Below are positions 1-12,216 of a stretch of 64,000 nucleotides of DNA, piece after piece; positions within the stretch are counted from its first letter, which is position 1, and each line of letters opens with the position of its first letter. The position numbers were made by a program, and so were the translations under genes. This DNA is from Lobosporangium transversale (Eukaryota). The stretch spans positions 186,001 to 250,000 of the forward strand of contig NW_019029009.1 of the NCBI RefSeq assembly GCF_002105155.1, in the 5' to 3' direction. The notes beneath the pieces are model-generated. The model was not told where the DNA came from, made no database searches, and saw nothing but the letters and a program-made list of their open reading frames with translations.

Positions 1-2423
1 TTTTTTTTTTTTTTTTTTTTTTTGGTATAGAAAAGCTTTGATCATTTTGAAATAGATGATAATATATAAATATTTATGCAACATAATAATCAATGCGCGT
101 AAAAACAAAAAAAATAAAATAAAATAAAATAAATGTCCATAGTCATGAATGTATTGTATTTAAATAACATGTAATAGATAGAATACAAAAAATGCATTCC
201 AACAAACAAATAACGACAGAATAGAACAGGACAGGACAGGAGATTGATAGGGCAGGAGATAGGACGAGACAGGGTCGTGGTTGGTTTTTGGTTTTTGAAT
301 GTTTAAAACGAAGACAATAACAATAACAATAGCAGCAGCAACAACAACAGCAACAGCAAACAAGGCGCAAGCAAAGCAAAGCAAAGTTTACATTGTTGTT
401 TTAATACTTTTTCTCAGTTATTAATTACTCTCCACAATTCTGTACCCTCTAGTCTTTAATTTTGGCGCTTTTCATTTCGACTCTGCACCAAGGAATATCT
501 CATCTATCCTTGATCCCCCGCCCATTTCTACCCTGTGCATTCCGCCCCCTTTCGAGAGCGGAGGAAAATATTTCATTGAAAAGGAAAAAGGGAAAAAAGA
601 AAAAAAGCAATTAAGCAATTAATGACTCCAATCCTTTTTTTTTTTTTTTTTTTTTGTTTTTGTTTTTTTATACTTTCAAAAAGCCCTGCATGTCTGTTCT
701 GTTAATACCCTGATGAGATTTCTAGGGGAGTTTTCCTCTTTGCCCTCTTTTTTTTTTTTTTTTTTTTTTTTCCTCTTTCTCTCTTTCATACCTTTTCTCC
801 ATTCCATTTTCCCGACCGATCATGAGCAATAAAAAAAAAAATAAAAAATAAAAAAAAATAAAAAAAAAAAAAAAAAAAAAAGTATTTTGTATTTGCCGCG
901 TCTTTTTTTTGGTTTGGTTTGGTATGGTTTGCCCTTTTTTTACTCCACAAGGGAAATTAAGGTCTGTGTTCTTTTGTACCCTGTTCCTTACGCTCTGTGT
1001 CTATTCTCTTAATTGCTTTGGCCTTGGCTTTTGCTTTTTGTGACCCAATCCGGTAGGATCCCCCCCCCCCTGTTTTTGTTGTTATTCTTATCTAGATGTC
1101 ATGTATACAGGATTATTGTTCTTGTCCTCTAAATTAAAGTCAGTCAGGAAGAGAGGGAGGATAGGATATAAGCGAGACATTACGTGTCGGTAGTATTATA
1201 AACAGAATAAACTTTTATCCTATGTTTGGTCCTATGCTGCCTATGAGACTAATCAGAAATGGCTTTTCTATGGAGAATCCAAATAAAAATAAAACGGCTT
1301 TTTTAAACTGACCTATACCCTCTGATACGATACGATACGATACGATGCGATACGATACAACATTGTGAACAATGATCTGCAAAAAAAAAAAAAAAAAAAA
1401 TAGAAAAAGAAAGAAAGACTTTGAAACCAATAGAGATCCTTCGGTTAAAAAAAAGAAAAAAAAAAAAAAACCACGGTCTGATGAAAATGATACAGTAACG
1501 GCTGAATGGGGTGAGGTAGGGCATAGATTGGAAGATCTCCTTTTCTTTTTACCGCTTCATTTTATCATCCTCTCACTCTCTCTCATCCTCTCTCTCTCTC
1601 CCTTGCTTTTTTTTTTTTTTTTTCTTTTTTTGCTCCTTACCATTTGCCTTTTGCCATTCGCCATTCGCCATTCGCCATTTGCCCTTTGTCCTTTTACTGT
1701 AGGACTCGTGAAAAAAAAACAAAAAAAAAAAACACGATTTGGTCAGCTCTCTCCTTTCATCCCTTGCAGACCAGTTTTATTCTTTCTTTCTTTTTTTTTT
1801 TTTTTTTTTTTTTTCTTTTTATTAATACTTATTTGTGGTTCTTTGGCTGATTCAATCCATACGACATCCATAAAAACTTTACTCCCTGGCTCTGTTCAAA
1901 AGAAATAAAGAAATAAAGAAAGAAAGAAAGAAAGAAAGAATGAAAGAAAGAAAGAAAGAAAGAAAGTAAAGCAAAAAGCCTTGGATTGGTTTTTGGGGTC
2001 TACAGTTTTATTATATTATATTATATTAGATGACTCTATATGCATGATCCTACTCTATCTGTTTAGAATAATGTTTATTCATCTTTTTTTCATCTTTATA
2101 TCTGCATTGTTGGCTATTGAAACCTGAAAAGTTAACATTTATATTTATGTTTATGTTTATATTTATATTTGTATTTAAATCTATATCTCTACCTCTATCT
2201 ATACCTATACCTATACCTATACCTATACCTATACCTATTATACATATATCTATCTATGCCTATAGCCTTGTATTGTATACATGTACATGGTCTTCATTTT
2301 CGTATCTTTTCTGCCTTTCCTGCATGCGACTTACGGCTAGGCTACGCGTCTGATGAAATTTCTTTCACTGCTGTGTATGTTTAGATTGTTATCCTCATAT
2401 CTCTTTTATAGATTTGTGATTGG

Positions 2424-2459
<36 letters not shown>

Positions 2460-2791
2460 ATATTATAATTGTCCCTTTCTCTTTTTCCTTTTTCATTTAA
2501 ATAAATATCCCTTTGCTCTTTCTTTCTTTTTTTTTATTTTTATTTTTATTTTTTTTTTTATATCTTTATGCCTTTTCTTTCATTTTATATATATAATATC
2601 CTTCATTCCTGTTTTCTTTTTCTTTTCTTCTTTTTTCTTTTCTTTTATATACAATCATATTAGGATCTATTCAGGTAATGACAATTCAAAGAAAGAAAAA
2701 AGAAAAGCGCGTTCATATTATGTATGTATATGAATATCGTCCGTTCCCCCTCCACCTTCTATTCCAAAGTTTTTTAAAGTTGCAAATGACG

Positions 2792-2822
<31 letters not shown>

Positions 2823-2935
2823 CGGTTTTGGTTGTATACATGCCAAACACATGTACTGTAGATATGACTAATGTATTATATGAAGACGAGTACATAAAGA
2901 ATCAACCACTAGTCCCAAAGATGCGTATATATATA

Positions 2936-4286
2936 TAGCCCGTTTCATTTGGTCACGATACCTTATATTTTTTAAATTGATTGAATAGACTCAAGCGAAA
3001 ATTGAATTGTATTGAATAGCAACTCTAAATCCGATGTCGTTCGCTACTTGCAAGCTTGGCTCGCTGTCCTCTATTTGCACGCCGAGCGACGGAAGAGGTC
3101 AGTGGCTTTGACGTTGAATAACTGTTATGCGTCACTATGTTTTGCTTCCTTACCTTCACTCTAGCTCTCACGCAACACAATCAAACATGATGATCGTCAA
3201 ATTCACAGAGTTCCATCAAGTAAGTAATAGACTATCTTTTTTTTATCATTTACCTGCGCTTCCTAATTATTTGTGAGTAATCTCTGGTTTCTTACGATGA
3301 ATAGACGCGGAATCTTTCGATCCAATGAGAACATCGCAGCTTCCTTCTCCCTTTTCTTTTTTTTGACCTTGGAGGTCGTTACAAGGAGACGCCAGATGTT
3401 CTGCTGATTCGAACTGGCCACTACCCATAGTGGGGAAACTTTTTGAGCAGGTCTTTGACCTTGTGCAAAAGTTTCAGCCCTCCGGTTTTAAAAAGATTCT
3501 GTCAAGCATCTGAGTCTTTTCTTTTTTTTATATTTTCTTTTTCTTTTTCTATGGCTGCTGAGGGATATACGAAGGGACGCCGGATGCTCTGCTGATTCGA
3601 ACTGGCCACTACCCATAGTGGGGAAACTTTTTGAGCAGGTCTTTGACCTTGTGCAAAAGTTTCAGCCCTCCGGTTTTAAAAAGATTCTGTCAAGCATCTG
3701 AGTCTTTTCTTTTTTTTATATTTTCTTTTTCTTTTTCTATGGCTGCTGAGGGATATACGAAGAGACGCCAGACATCTCACTGATTCGTTAACTGCCCACT
3801 ATTTATAGTGATGGAAACTCTTGGTCTTTGACCCTGGTTTCAGCAACCCAGTCGTATCGAATCTCAAGGGTTCTGGCTCTATTTCTTTTTTTTTTCTATT
3901 TTTTTTTTCCCCCTCCAAGACATGGTTCCGCCTTGGTTCTTGCTATCTCCTGCCAGCTCGCCAGGTCTGACCACAAGTTGCCGTCTGTTCTCCGTCGCGG
4001 AAAATGGATAATATGATTATTTTTTTGCATGGTATTACAAACGCAAGGCCTTTATTCAAACCTACAACATGCAACTCGACATCGAGACCAATTTTAACCA
4101 TCATATATACTCTGAAGTAATATTAGGCCAACCAAGATTTTACCCATTCGCACACTCGGATTCTTAACAGCTGTCGGGCCGCGGTTTTTGTCGAGGCGTG
4201 GATGAGGATATCGTGGGCAAGACTCTCAACAATGTTTATATTTCGTTGGAATAACAAAAAGCATCAAGCATTAAAGTCGAATAACA
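2936..4286 (+). repeat. Left terminal inverted repeat (1351 bp)
   Basis: Mirror of 8565-10103; mirrored ORFs 3828-4016(+) and 8835-9023(-) are identical. Match ends at GTCGAATAACA. Confidence 0.95.
3388..3879 (+). repeat. Tandem array of 188-bp structured units in the left TIR (2 near-identical, 1 diverged)
   Basis: CTGCTGATTCGAACTGGCCACTA recurs at 3401 and 3589; a diverged third unit starts at 3764. Each unit is followed by a T-rich tract. Confidence 0.9.
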
Positions 4287-4312
4287 CAATAAACAATCCT
4301 AAATGAAGCAAT

Positions 4313-6026
4313 TTATTCTGATCTCTTGCGCTTTCTATTGATCTGGAGGTAAAAAGATGGCCTCACCCATGTATGTTTCACCTCGTCTGTAACCCTCACG
4401 CGCTCCCCGACAGCTTCCTTGGCTTTCAAGTAAGCTGTCTTTGTAGTCTCCAGAATTGGCACTGCTTCCGCAACCACGCTAAGGCTCTTCCTGCCCTTGG
4501 GCACTTTGACCTTGCCCAATAATCTGGGGATATAAACGGCTTCGTAATCTAGGGTCATCACGAAGATTTCCATTTGACCATCTAAAGCGTGAATTAGCAC
4601 CACTGTCTCCGTTTAGGTTTCATGGATCGTAAAAATATACAAGAGTGTAACATACCTTGGACAAGCAGACCCAGGACCGTTGGGTCTTTTACACCCTTGG
4701 CGAACAAGAGATCTAGTGCCAGCTTCATTTCAGAAAGTAACTTCCTGAAATCTCTATCAAGGAGCTTTTTAGAGGTTCCTGGGGGCTTCACCTCCACTAC
4801 GAGTAGAGGCAGGCCGTCGACCATAACCAGGTTATCTGGTCTAAAGCGCTCCGTATAGTATTTCTCCGTTGGGATTCTGCTTTCGCTGAAAGCGGAGACG
4901 TGTTATACCAAGAGTGAAGAAATAACATGTGAATATCCTGCAGAAATGAATGAAGAACAAAGAACTGACAGATCTACTACTCACCAGTATCCCAAAGTCG
5001 ATGCGATGGCGCAGATGTAGGGCCTGACGTAGAGCGCGCTGTACGTCGCCTCGTTTTTTTTTATTTTGCCAGGCGACTCCCAAACATCTCGTCCTCGCCA
5101 AGTTTGGTGAAAATGCTCTTGAGCATTTCACTTGCTCCTTCCTGACCCTTTTCAAGAAAGGCGCGATACTCGGAAGCAGAGTTCGACGCCTTTGCTTTCT
5201 CCACGCAGAATTTGGAAAAATCCAAATCCTGCTCACTCAAGGCTACACTGGTCTCTGTAACCTTGAAAAAGCGCTTGAGTTTACGACGCCCCGCCTTTGA
5301 AAAATATTTTTCCATAAACTCTTTTGTGAAAATGAAGTTTATGGAGCTAGAAAACACAGTAAGAACTGTATCAGCGTCACGGCCTTCGGTGTGTTCTCAA
5401 GCAATGAAATAAATGGTAGTAAAAAGCACTCACAGAATATCATGTGGAGAGAGGAGCGTTCCCTGGCGCTCTTCCTCAAGTTTAATGAGTTCTTCTCGTA
5501 CCTCCATGAGGGGAGAAGATACATCGAAACCTCCGTTTAAGACCAACCTATCGGTGACCTGACTACTCCTCTCGCCTTCCCCAGTGAGGTGGTTGATAGG
5601 CTCATCCGCGTCAGACTTGTTAGTCTTGTCAGACTCGTCGGGCTAGTTGTTATTATTTTTATTAATATTGGATCATAATGGAAGTAAACATTGGTTCAAC
5701 GTTAAATTATTCGACACATACTTTCAGGTAATTGTTGATGTTTGTTTTTTTTATGCCTTTTAGTAAGGCACGTAAGTTCTCCTTGTAAATGATGATCAGG
5801 ACTGAGTCATCTCTTCTTGGTCGCGCCGCCCTCCTGATCTCACTGATAATTTTGCTGAAACTGCTAGCTTCACGATCCACGCCGTATTCCTTGACGGCCC
5901 ATTCGACGAAATGGAAAAGGGTAAGATCTTTTGGGCTTGGCCATTGCCAATTGGAAGTTGAGATATCATAGTATCCAAGTCAACCTTGACCTTTTGAGGC
6001 TTCTGAAAAATTGTGCTGGTGGCCAT
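4313..6026 (-). pseudogene. Multi-exon PD-(D/E)XK restriction-endonuclease-like cargo gene, apparently with two single-base frameshifts
   Basis: Manually spliced reading gives ...LSINFIF...NEATYSALYVRPYI...ERFRPDNLVMVDGLPLLVVEVKPP...LGLLVQ...MEIFVMTLDYEAVYIPRLLG. PD...EVK motif and GT-AG introns are visible. Frame breaks occur near 5975 and 5063. Confidence 0.7.
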
Positions 6027-6354
6027 TTTTGTTTGGTGAGGTATTTATGAGGTTTGTGAAGAAGTTTTGTGTGAAGCTTTGTGAAGAGTTTTGTGAAGAG
6101 GTTTATTAGTATTGCGAAGAAGTTCAGAGACCTCTTTTTATCTGTGAAAGCGACAAAAATATAACTCCTAACTCCTTTGTGCAACATGAGACAATGCCCC
6201 GCCTCTGGGAATAAGTGGACCAAGCTTACCAGATGAAATCAGGAACATTTGTAACGACTGTGCTAAATGAATAAGCAACATGGATGGAATCAACAGAGTA
6301 GGAAATCAATGCTTTAAGACTGAGGTGGACCACCAGCACATGCTTTTTATTAAC

Positions 6355-8178
6355 TTAGTGGCGGTAAAAACGGGCTGAAGGTGAAGCCGGCATTGAATTA
6401 TCGTCTTCCTCCAATTCATCAGGAGCCAAGGATCGAGATGTCGGGATAAGATCAACGTCTTCTTCAACTTCATCAACTTCATCACCAATATCACCATCTT
6501 CCATGGGCTCAATTAAGACATTGTATCGGCCTCTGGCAGCACCAATCCCAAAAAGCCTGTTGAATGTGGCCTCGGAAAAATCAATCGAATGAAAAATTTG
6601 TTCCAACTCTTCCTGCACCTCGGCCGTCTCGAATGTCTGGCCACGAATTTCCTGCATGTATCTGTAGGCAAAACTAAGGGTTTTTTTCCAGGCAGAAACG
6701 AAAGTTTTAACTTGAACATTTCGGAAGACTTCCTTCAGCATCTGGATAAGTTGATCGGCAGCCATCGATCCGGATATCATGTAAGCTACGCTGTTTTTTA
6801 TAACGCCCCAGATTAATTCAATGGGCTGGAGTTCGCAATGATAAGGAGGTGTCCTAATAATCCAGTGGCCCCCATTCTCTAATGCGATGTCCCAGACCGT
6901 GTACCGTGGCTGGTAATCAAGGGTCCTTATATAAGCAAGTAGTTCTGACTTGCTTGGCGTTCGATCACCGTTAGAACCGGGTGGAATTCCAAATTGATGA
7001 GATATAAGCCATTCCATTATCTCCGATTTCTTATTGGCGGCCGTTGGCTTCCTATCAGGGCAATGGAAATGGTACCTGGCACCATCCATGTGTATTTTAC
7101 AAGGACCGAGATTCATCTTTACCAGACTTTGGCAAACCGTCGTAAACAGCTCTTCGAACACCTCGTGGTTAAAATGACCATGATAGTCATGATCATTTGC
7201 AAGAATCTGACTATTGGGCTGCATATGATCGGCGTTTCCCTGAAGAGATGCCTTGCTGTTCGCCGCCCAGATGTGAACACTGTTCTCAACAAACTTCCCC
7301 ACCACCTTCTGTTCGTCACGGTCGTAATAGATGACAAATGCAGCGAACATGACGAGAAGTGGTTGCCGAGATGATTCACACACAATGCCTCCGTCCCGTT
7401 CTACCCATCGATTTTTTGAGGAATGGTCCAGGTGACAATAGGACTCATCAAGAAATACCTCTGGCATCATAGGGATTAAACCATCGTCAAGCTCCACCAG
7501 GTTCTTGAAACGCTCTGTGAGGTATTTCAGTCGGTATTGCACAATGTGAGGTGCATCGTGCATAAAGTTCCTTCGAACCCCCTTTCCCCAGTAAAAGTTA
7601 CTTGCATGTAGGTATCGATGAACTGTTGACCTTGACGTCCTGATACCATGCTCATTTCTGAGCTCATTCACCACTCGTCCAAGTGTATTCGGGATACCTC
7701 CCAGATTAGTTCTCCTGATGATATCCGTGATATGTCCCTGGAGCACTTTATCTTTTGCTTGTGCTTTACGGCCACGTCCCACACCCTTGTTGGGCAACTT
7801 CAATACCCCTGTCCTTGAGTAGTTGATAGCTGCTAGACAGGAATGTGCATTTACCCCGGTAAGCTTAGCCATCTGCACACACTCTTTCATGCCAAACGAT
7901 TGTCTCATCCATTTTTGAAACTCTGGCGGCGCATTGCTGAGCTTTGCGTAGATATGTGCGATTAGGCGGTATTCCTCCTCCGCTACGGTTGTCTTACTAA
8001 GTCGTGGCGGTGCATGAAGACCACCTTCATCCATGCTGATGAGGAAGGGATTATCATTCTCATGTTCTTGAGAAAACATGGATTGGTTGGACTCTTCATA
8101 AATAAAAGACTCGCTTCTCCGGCTTGCCTGTTCCGCACTAAGTTCTGTGGGGATTAAAGAAAATTGTGCTGAAGACAT
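6355..8178 (-). CDS. DDE transposase, IS630-Tc1-mariner superfamily (607 aa, uninterrupted)
   Basis: Motifs VFLDESY, IHMDGARYH and TPPYHCELQPIELIWG; HTH-like RTSRSTVHRYLH; 88 residues between the second D and the E (manual count). Confidence 0.95.
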   Translation of the reverse strand: MSSAQFSLIPTELSAEQASRRSESFIYEESNQSMFSQEHENDNPFLISMDEGGLHAPPRLSKTTVAEEEYRLIAHIYAKLSNAPPEFQKWMRQSFGMKECVQMAKLTGVNAHSCLAAINYSRTGVLKLPNKGVGRGRKAQAKDKVLQGHITDIIRRTNLGGIPNTLGRVVNELRNEHGIRTSRSTVHRYLHASNFYWGKGVRRNFMHDAPHIVQYRLKYLTERFKNLVELDDGLIPMMPEVFLDESYCHLDHSSKNRWVERDGGIVCESSRQPLLVMFAAFVIYYDRDEQKVVGKFVENSVHIWAANSKASLQGNADHMQPNSQILANDHDYHGHFNHEVFEELFTTVCQSLVKMNLGPCKIHMDGARYHFHCPDRKPTAANKKSEIMEWLISHQFGIPPGSNGDRTPSKSELLAYIRTLDYQPRYTVWDIALENGGHWIIRTPPYHCELQPIELIWGVIKNSVAYMISGSMAADQLIQMLKEVFRNVQVKTFVSAWKKTLSFAYRYMQEIRGQTFETAEVQEELEQIFHSIDFSEATFNRLFGIGAARGRYNVLIEPMEDGDIGDEVDEVEEDVDLIPTSRSLAPDELEEDDNSMPASPSARFYRH

Positions 8179-8564
8179 TGTAAAAATTTTGCTGGAATGT
8201 GAAGGAAGATAAAAAGTTGTTTATTATTTGTTGTCAAGAGGGAGCCCTTTATTGAACCCCGCCATAGCCGTCACTAATGTTAGGCCTTCAGTGTATGACC
8301 TAGTCTAATGATCGAGATCTACAACAGCAAGAAATTGAATACTTCAGCAGCTTTGTGAAGAAAACGCTATCGATGGCATACAGAAGATATAGCCTTTCTT
8401 ACCATGATCACGCAGACATGTGTGCCATTAGCTGGCATAATTGCAGTCAAGTTTTGCATAATACATGATATATATAAATAAATATTAAGGGTTTATCGAA
8501 AATATGCAGCTTTATTGCCTGATAATTCTTGTTGCGCAATTCGAGTATAATGATTGGTGCTTTT

Positions 8565-10103
8565 TGTTATTCGACTTTAATGCTTGATGCTTTTTGTTAT
8601 TCCAACGAAATATAAACATTGTTGAGAGTCTTGCCCACGATATCCTCATCCACGCCTCGACAAAAACCGCGGCCCGACAGCTGTTAAGAATCCGAGTGTG
8701 CGAATGGGTAAAATCTTGGTTGGCCTAATATTACTTCAGAGTATATATGATGGTTAAAATTGGTCTCGATGTCGAGTTGCATGTTGTAGGTTTGAATAAA
8801 GGCCTTGCGTTTGTAATACCATGCAAAAAAATAATCATATTATCCATTTTCCGCGACGGAGAACAGACGGCAACTTGTGGTCAGACCTGGCGAGCTGGCA
8901 GGAGATAGCAAGAACCAAGGCGGAACCATGTCTTGGAGGGGGAAAAAAAAAATAGAAAAAAAAAAGAAATAGAGCCAGAACCCTTGAGATTCGATACGAC
9001 TGGGTTGCTGAAACCAGGGTCAAAGACCAAGAGTTTCCATCACTATAAATAGTGGGCAGTTAACGAATCAGTGAGATGTCTGGCGTCTCTTCGTATATCC
9101 CTCAGCAGCCATAGAAAAAGAAAAAGAAAATATAAAAAAAAGAAAAGACTCAGATGCTTGACAGAATCTTTTTAAAACCGGAGGGCTGAAACTTTTGCAC
9201 AAGGTCAAAGACCTGCTCAAAAAGTTTCCCCACTATGGGTAGTGGCCAGTTCGAATCAGCAGAGCATCCGGCGTCCCTTCGTATATCCCTCAGCAGCCAT
9301 AGAAAAAGAAAAAGAAAATATAAAAAAAAGAAAAGACTCAGATGCTTGACAGAATCTTTTTAAAACCGGAGGGCTGAAACTTTTGCACAAGGTCAAAGAC
9401 CTGCTCAAAAAGTTTCCCCACTATGGGTAGTGGCCAGTTCGAATCAGCAGAGCATCCGGCGTCCCTTCGTATATCCCTCAGCAGCCATAGAAAAAGAAAA
9501 AGAAAATATAAAAAAAAGAAAAGACTCAGATGCTTGACAGAATCTTTTTAAAACCGGAGGGCTGAAACTTTTGCACAAGGTCAAAGACCTGCTCAAAAAG
9601 TTTCCCCACTATGGGTAGTGGCCAGTTCGAATCAGCAGAACATCTGGCGTCTCCTTGTAACGACCTCCAAGGTCAAAAAAAAGAAAAGGGAGAAGGAAGC
9701 TGCGATGTTCTCATTGGATCGAAAGATTCCGCGTCTATTCATCGTAAGAAACCAGAGATTACTCACAAATAATTAGGAAGCGCAGGTAAATGATAAAAAA
9801 AAGATAGTCTATTACTTACTTGATGGAACTCTGTGAATTTGACGATCATCATGTTTGATTGTGTTGCGTGAGAGCTAGAGTGAAGGTAAGGAAGCAAAAC
9901 ATAGTGACGCATAACAGTTATTCAACGTCAAAGCCACTGACCTCTTCCGTCGCTCGGCGTGCAAATAGAGGACAGCGAGCCAAGCTTGCAAGTAGCGAAC
10001 GACATCGGATTTAGAGTTGCTATTCAATACAATTCAATTTTCGCTTGAGTCTATTCAATCAATTTAAAAAATATAAGGTATCGTGACCAAATGAAACGGG
10101 CTA
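8565..10103 (-). repeat. Right terminal inverted repeat (1539 bp; one extra 188-bp unit)
   Basis: Reverse complement of the left TIR; the 188 bp length difference equals one internal tandem unit. Confidence 0.95.
8972..9651 (-). repeat. Tandem array of 188-bp structured units in the right TIR (3 near-identical, 1 diverged)
   Basis: TAGTGGCCAGTTCGAATCAGCAG occurs three times at 188-bp spacing, plus the diverged unit. Confidence 0.9.
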
Positions 10104-10481
10104 TACCACCTTTTACATACTCATTCACATAATTTCACATCTATATCTCTTTGTATGTATCCATCAAGAAGGGAAGAAAAGGGGGTCCTTTTTTTTTTTT
10201 TTTTTTTTAAGGTTAACTACAGATTGGAAAAAAAACTAAATCTCTTGTTTTTTGAGAAAAGTGAAGGAGTGGAGACGAAAAAAAAAAAAAAAAAAAAAAA
10301 AAAGCGAGTGGAGAAAATGGGAGTTTTCCGCCGATGTTTGTTACCTTCTTACGTTGACAAGTGTACATTTATATACACAAAAAAAAGGCAGAGCAGGGCA
10401 GGGCAGGGCAGGGTAGGGTAGGGCAGAGTAGGATCTTGTTTTTTTTTTTTTTTTTTTTTGCTAGTCCGCACAAGATCCCCC

Positions 10482-10513
<32 letters not shown>

Positions 10514-11803
10514 CTTCAAACATCTTATATTTGTATGTATATATATATATATATATATCCCACATTTTATACAACTGAACACAGACATTGAACACAGACC
10601 CACAGATGCTCCCCACTTTCCTTGAGGCACATTCCTCAGTAAGACATGTAAAAAAAAAAAAGGGAGACTGATTGGTAAACAACTTTCTTCCTGAACAGTC
10701 AGTCGGTATGACACATTCCTCTCCATCTCCACTACGTCGAGTATTGAAAAAATGAAAGAAAGAAAGAAAGAAAGAAAAAAATTCATGTACTTTTTACGGA
10801 TCACCGGAGAGACTAAGCATGTAGTACATCCAGTCTAGTGTACCTGGATTATGTGTATATATGCATGAGTGTATAATATATGTGTGTGAACGGAGCATGG
10901 AAAAAAGATGCGAAAGAAGAAGGGAAGGGAAGGGAAGGAGGGGGCAGAAAGTAACAATTGGATGGGAGGTAGAGGGGGGGAGGGACATTGACATTAATTA
11001 GCATTGAGATTGGCATCAGCATTGGTATTAGAATTGGTACTGGTGGTGGTACTGGGTATTGGTACTGATATTGGTACCGGTACTGGTATTGGCGTTGGCG
11101 TTAATAACAGTCAAGAGTATCAACGGGCATTAGCATCAACGTTTGAATTGCATTGCATTGACATTGACCTTAGCATTGGGCATTGAATAAACCTGTTGGA
11201 ATGATGTGCGGATAAAATAAACAAAGGATTAATGACACACACATATATATATATATATACATACAAAGAACGCAATATATAAAAAGTAGAAACTCGGAGA
11301 GGAAAGATAAAAAGAAAAGAGAGAGAGAGAGAGAGAGTATAGGATGAGGACAAAAAGGTGTATGTATATATGCCGTATTTTATTTTAATTCAGTATTCCA
11401 TTGGCCATTGGTAAATCTAACCGTGTTTGAATTGCATTATTGAGTTACCACTCATTTTTAATTGTCTCGTCGAACGTGTCTTGTCTTGTTCTCTGTCTCT
11501 GTGTTGCATGCCCATTTAGGAGAGTAGGAGGTGCAGGGGGGGAGGCATTAAGAAAAAAGAAAATGTCCTTGTGGAAAAGGAGGATTGAATGGGCTAATTG
11601 AATACACCGATATATGGTCCTGACAAATGCAGACATTAGTCTTGTGTATTTTCTCTTTTTCTTTTTCTCCACACGTTCTTCTCTTCCTTCCTTCCTCTCT
11701 TTCTTTCTCTATCTCTCCATCTCTCGTCCTTTTCTGTTTGTGCACAGTCAAAGCTGATTCACTCTCTTTTCTTTCTTCCTTCCTTCCTTCCTTCCACTCT
11801 TTC

Positions 11804-11834
<31 letters not shown>

Positions 11835-11875
11835 TTCTCGTCTTTTCCTCCCTTCTTCATTCTGACTAATATTTG

Positions 11876-11906
<31 letters not shown>

Positions 11907-12216
11907 ATTTAGACCCTATTCTCTCTTTTATTATTTATTTATTCACTCAAACAGCTCAAACAGCTCAAACAGACAACGCCAACCGAAACACAAAACAACA
12001 TCCATTAATTACCATTCGCATACATACCTGATCCCACTTTATTCTTTATCTACCCTTTTCATCTTCAACTTTACTCAATCCTTCACTCTTTTACTCTTAA
12101 AAAAAAAAAAAGAAAAGATCTTTGCATTTATATATTCGTATACACATATACATACATCTTTTTTTATTTTATTTTATTTTATTATATTCTATTTTATTTT
12201 ATTTTATTTTATAATA

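Larger units (their letters stand above)
2936..10103 (-). mobile_element. Large IS630-Tc1-mariner (Sailor-like, DD88E) DNA transposon with very long TIRs and a cargo gene
   Basis: Left end TAGCCCGTTTCATTTGGTCACGATACC is the reverse complement of right end GGTATCGTGACCAAATGAAACGGGCTA. TA lies outside both ends (2934-2935, 10104-10105); a TATA duplication with GCCC termini is an equally valid reading. A DDE transposase ORF lies inside. Confidence 0.95.

Noticed and set aside
1..2930. Many short ORFs rich in F, K, C, Y or IP repeats (also throughout introns and intergenic DNA)
   Set aside because: They are translations of poly-A/T tracts and microsatellites with no coding signal.
3400..3480. 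Hammerhead ribozyme in the TIR units (CTGA...hairpin...GAAAC)
   Set aside because: The core is CTGATTCGAACTGG rather than CUGANGA abutting stem II, and GAAAC pairs fully with GTTTC. It is not a canonical hammerhead.
3388..3879. CRISPR array or 5S rRNA repeats
   Set aside because: Units are 188 bp and mostly identical without unique spacers, and no cas genes are present. The resemblance to 5S rRNA is only a loose short stretch.
3828..4016. Duplicated 62-aa ORF (also 8835-9023)
   Set aside because: It starts at a non-ATG codon, runs through a T-tract, and is duplicated only because it lies in the TIR.
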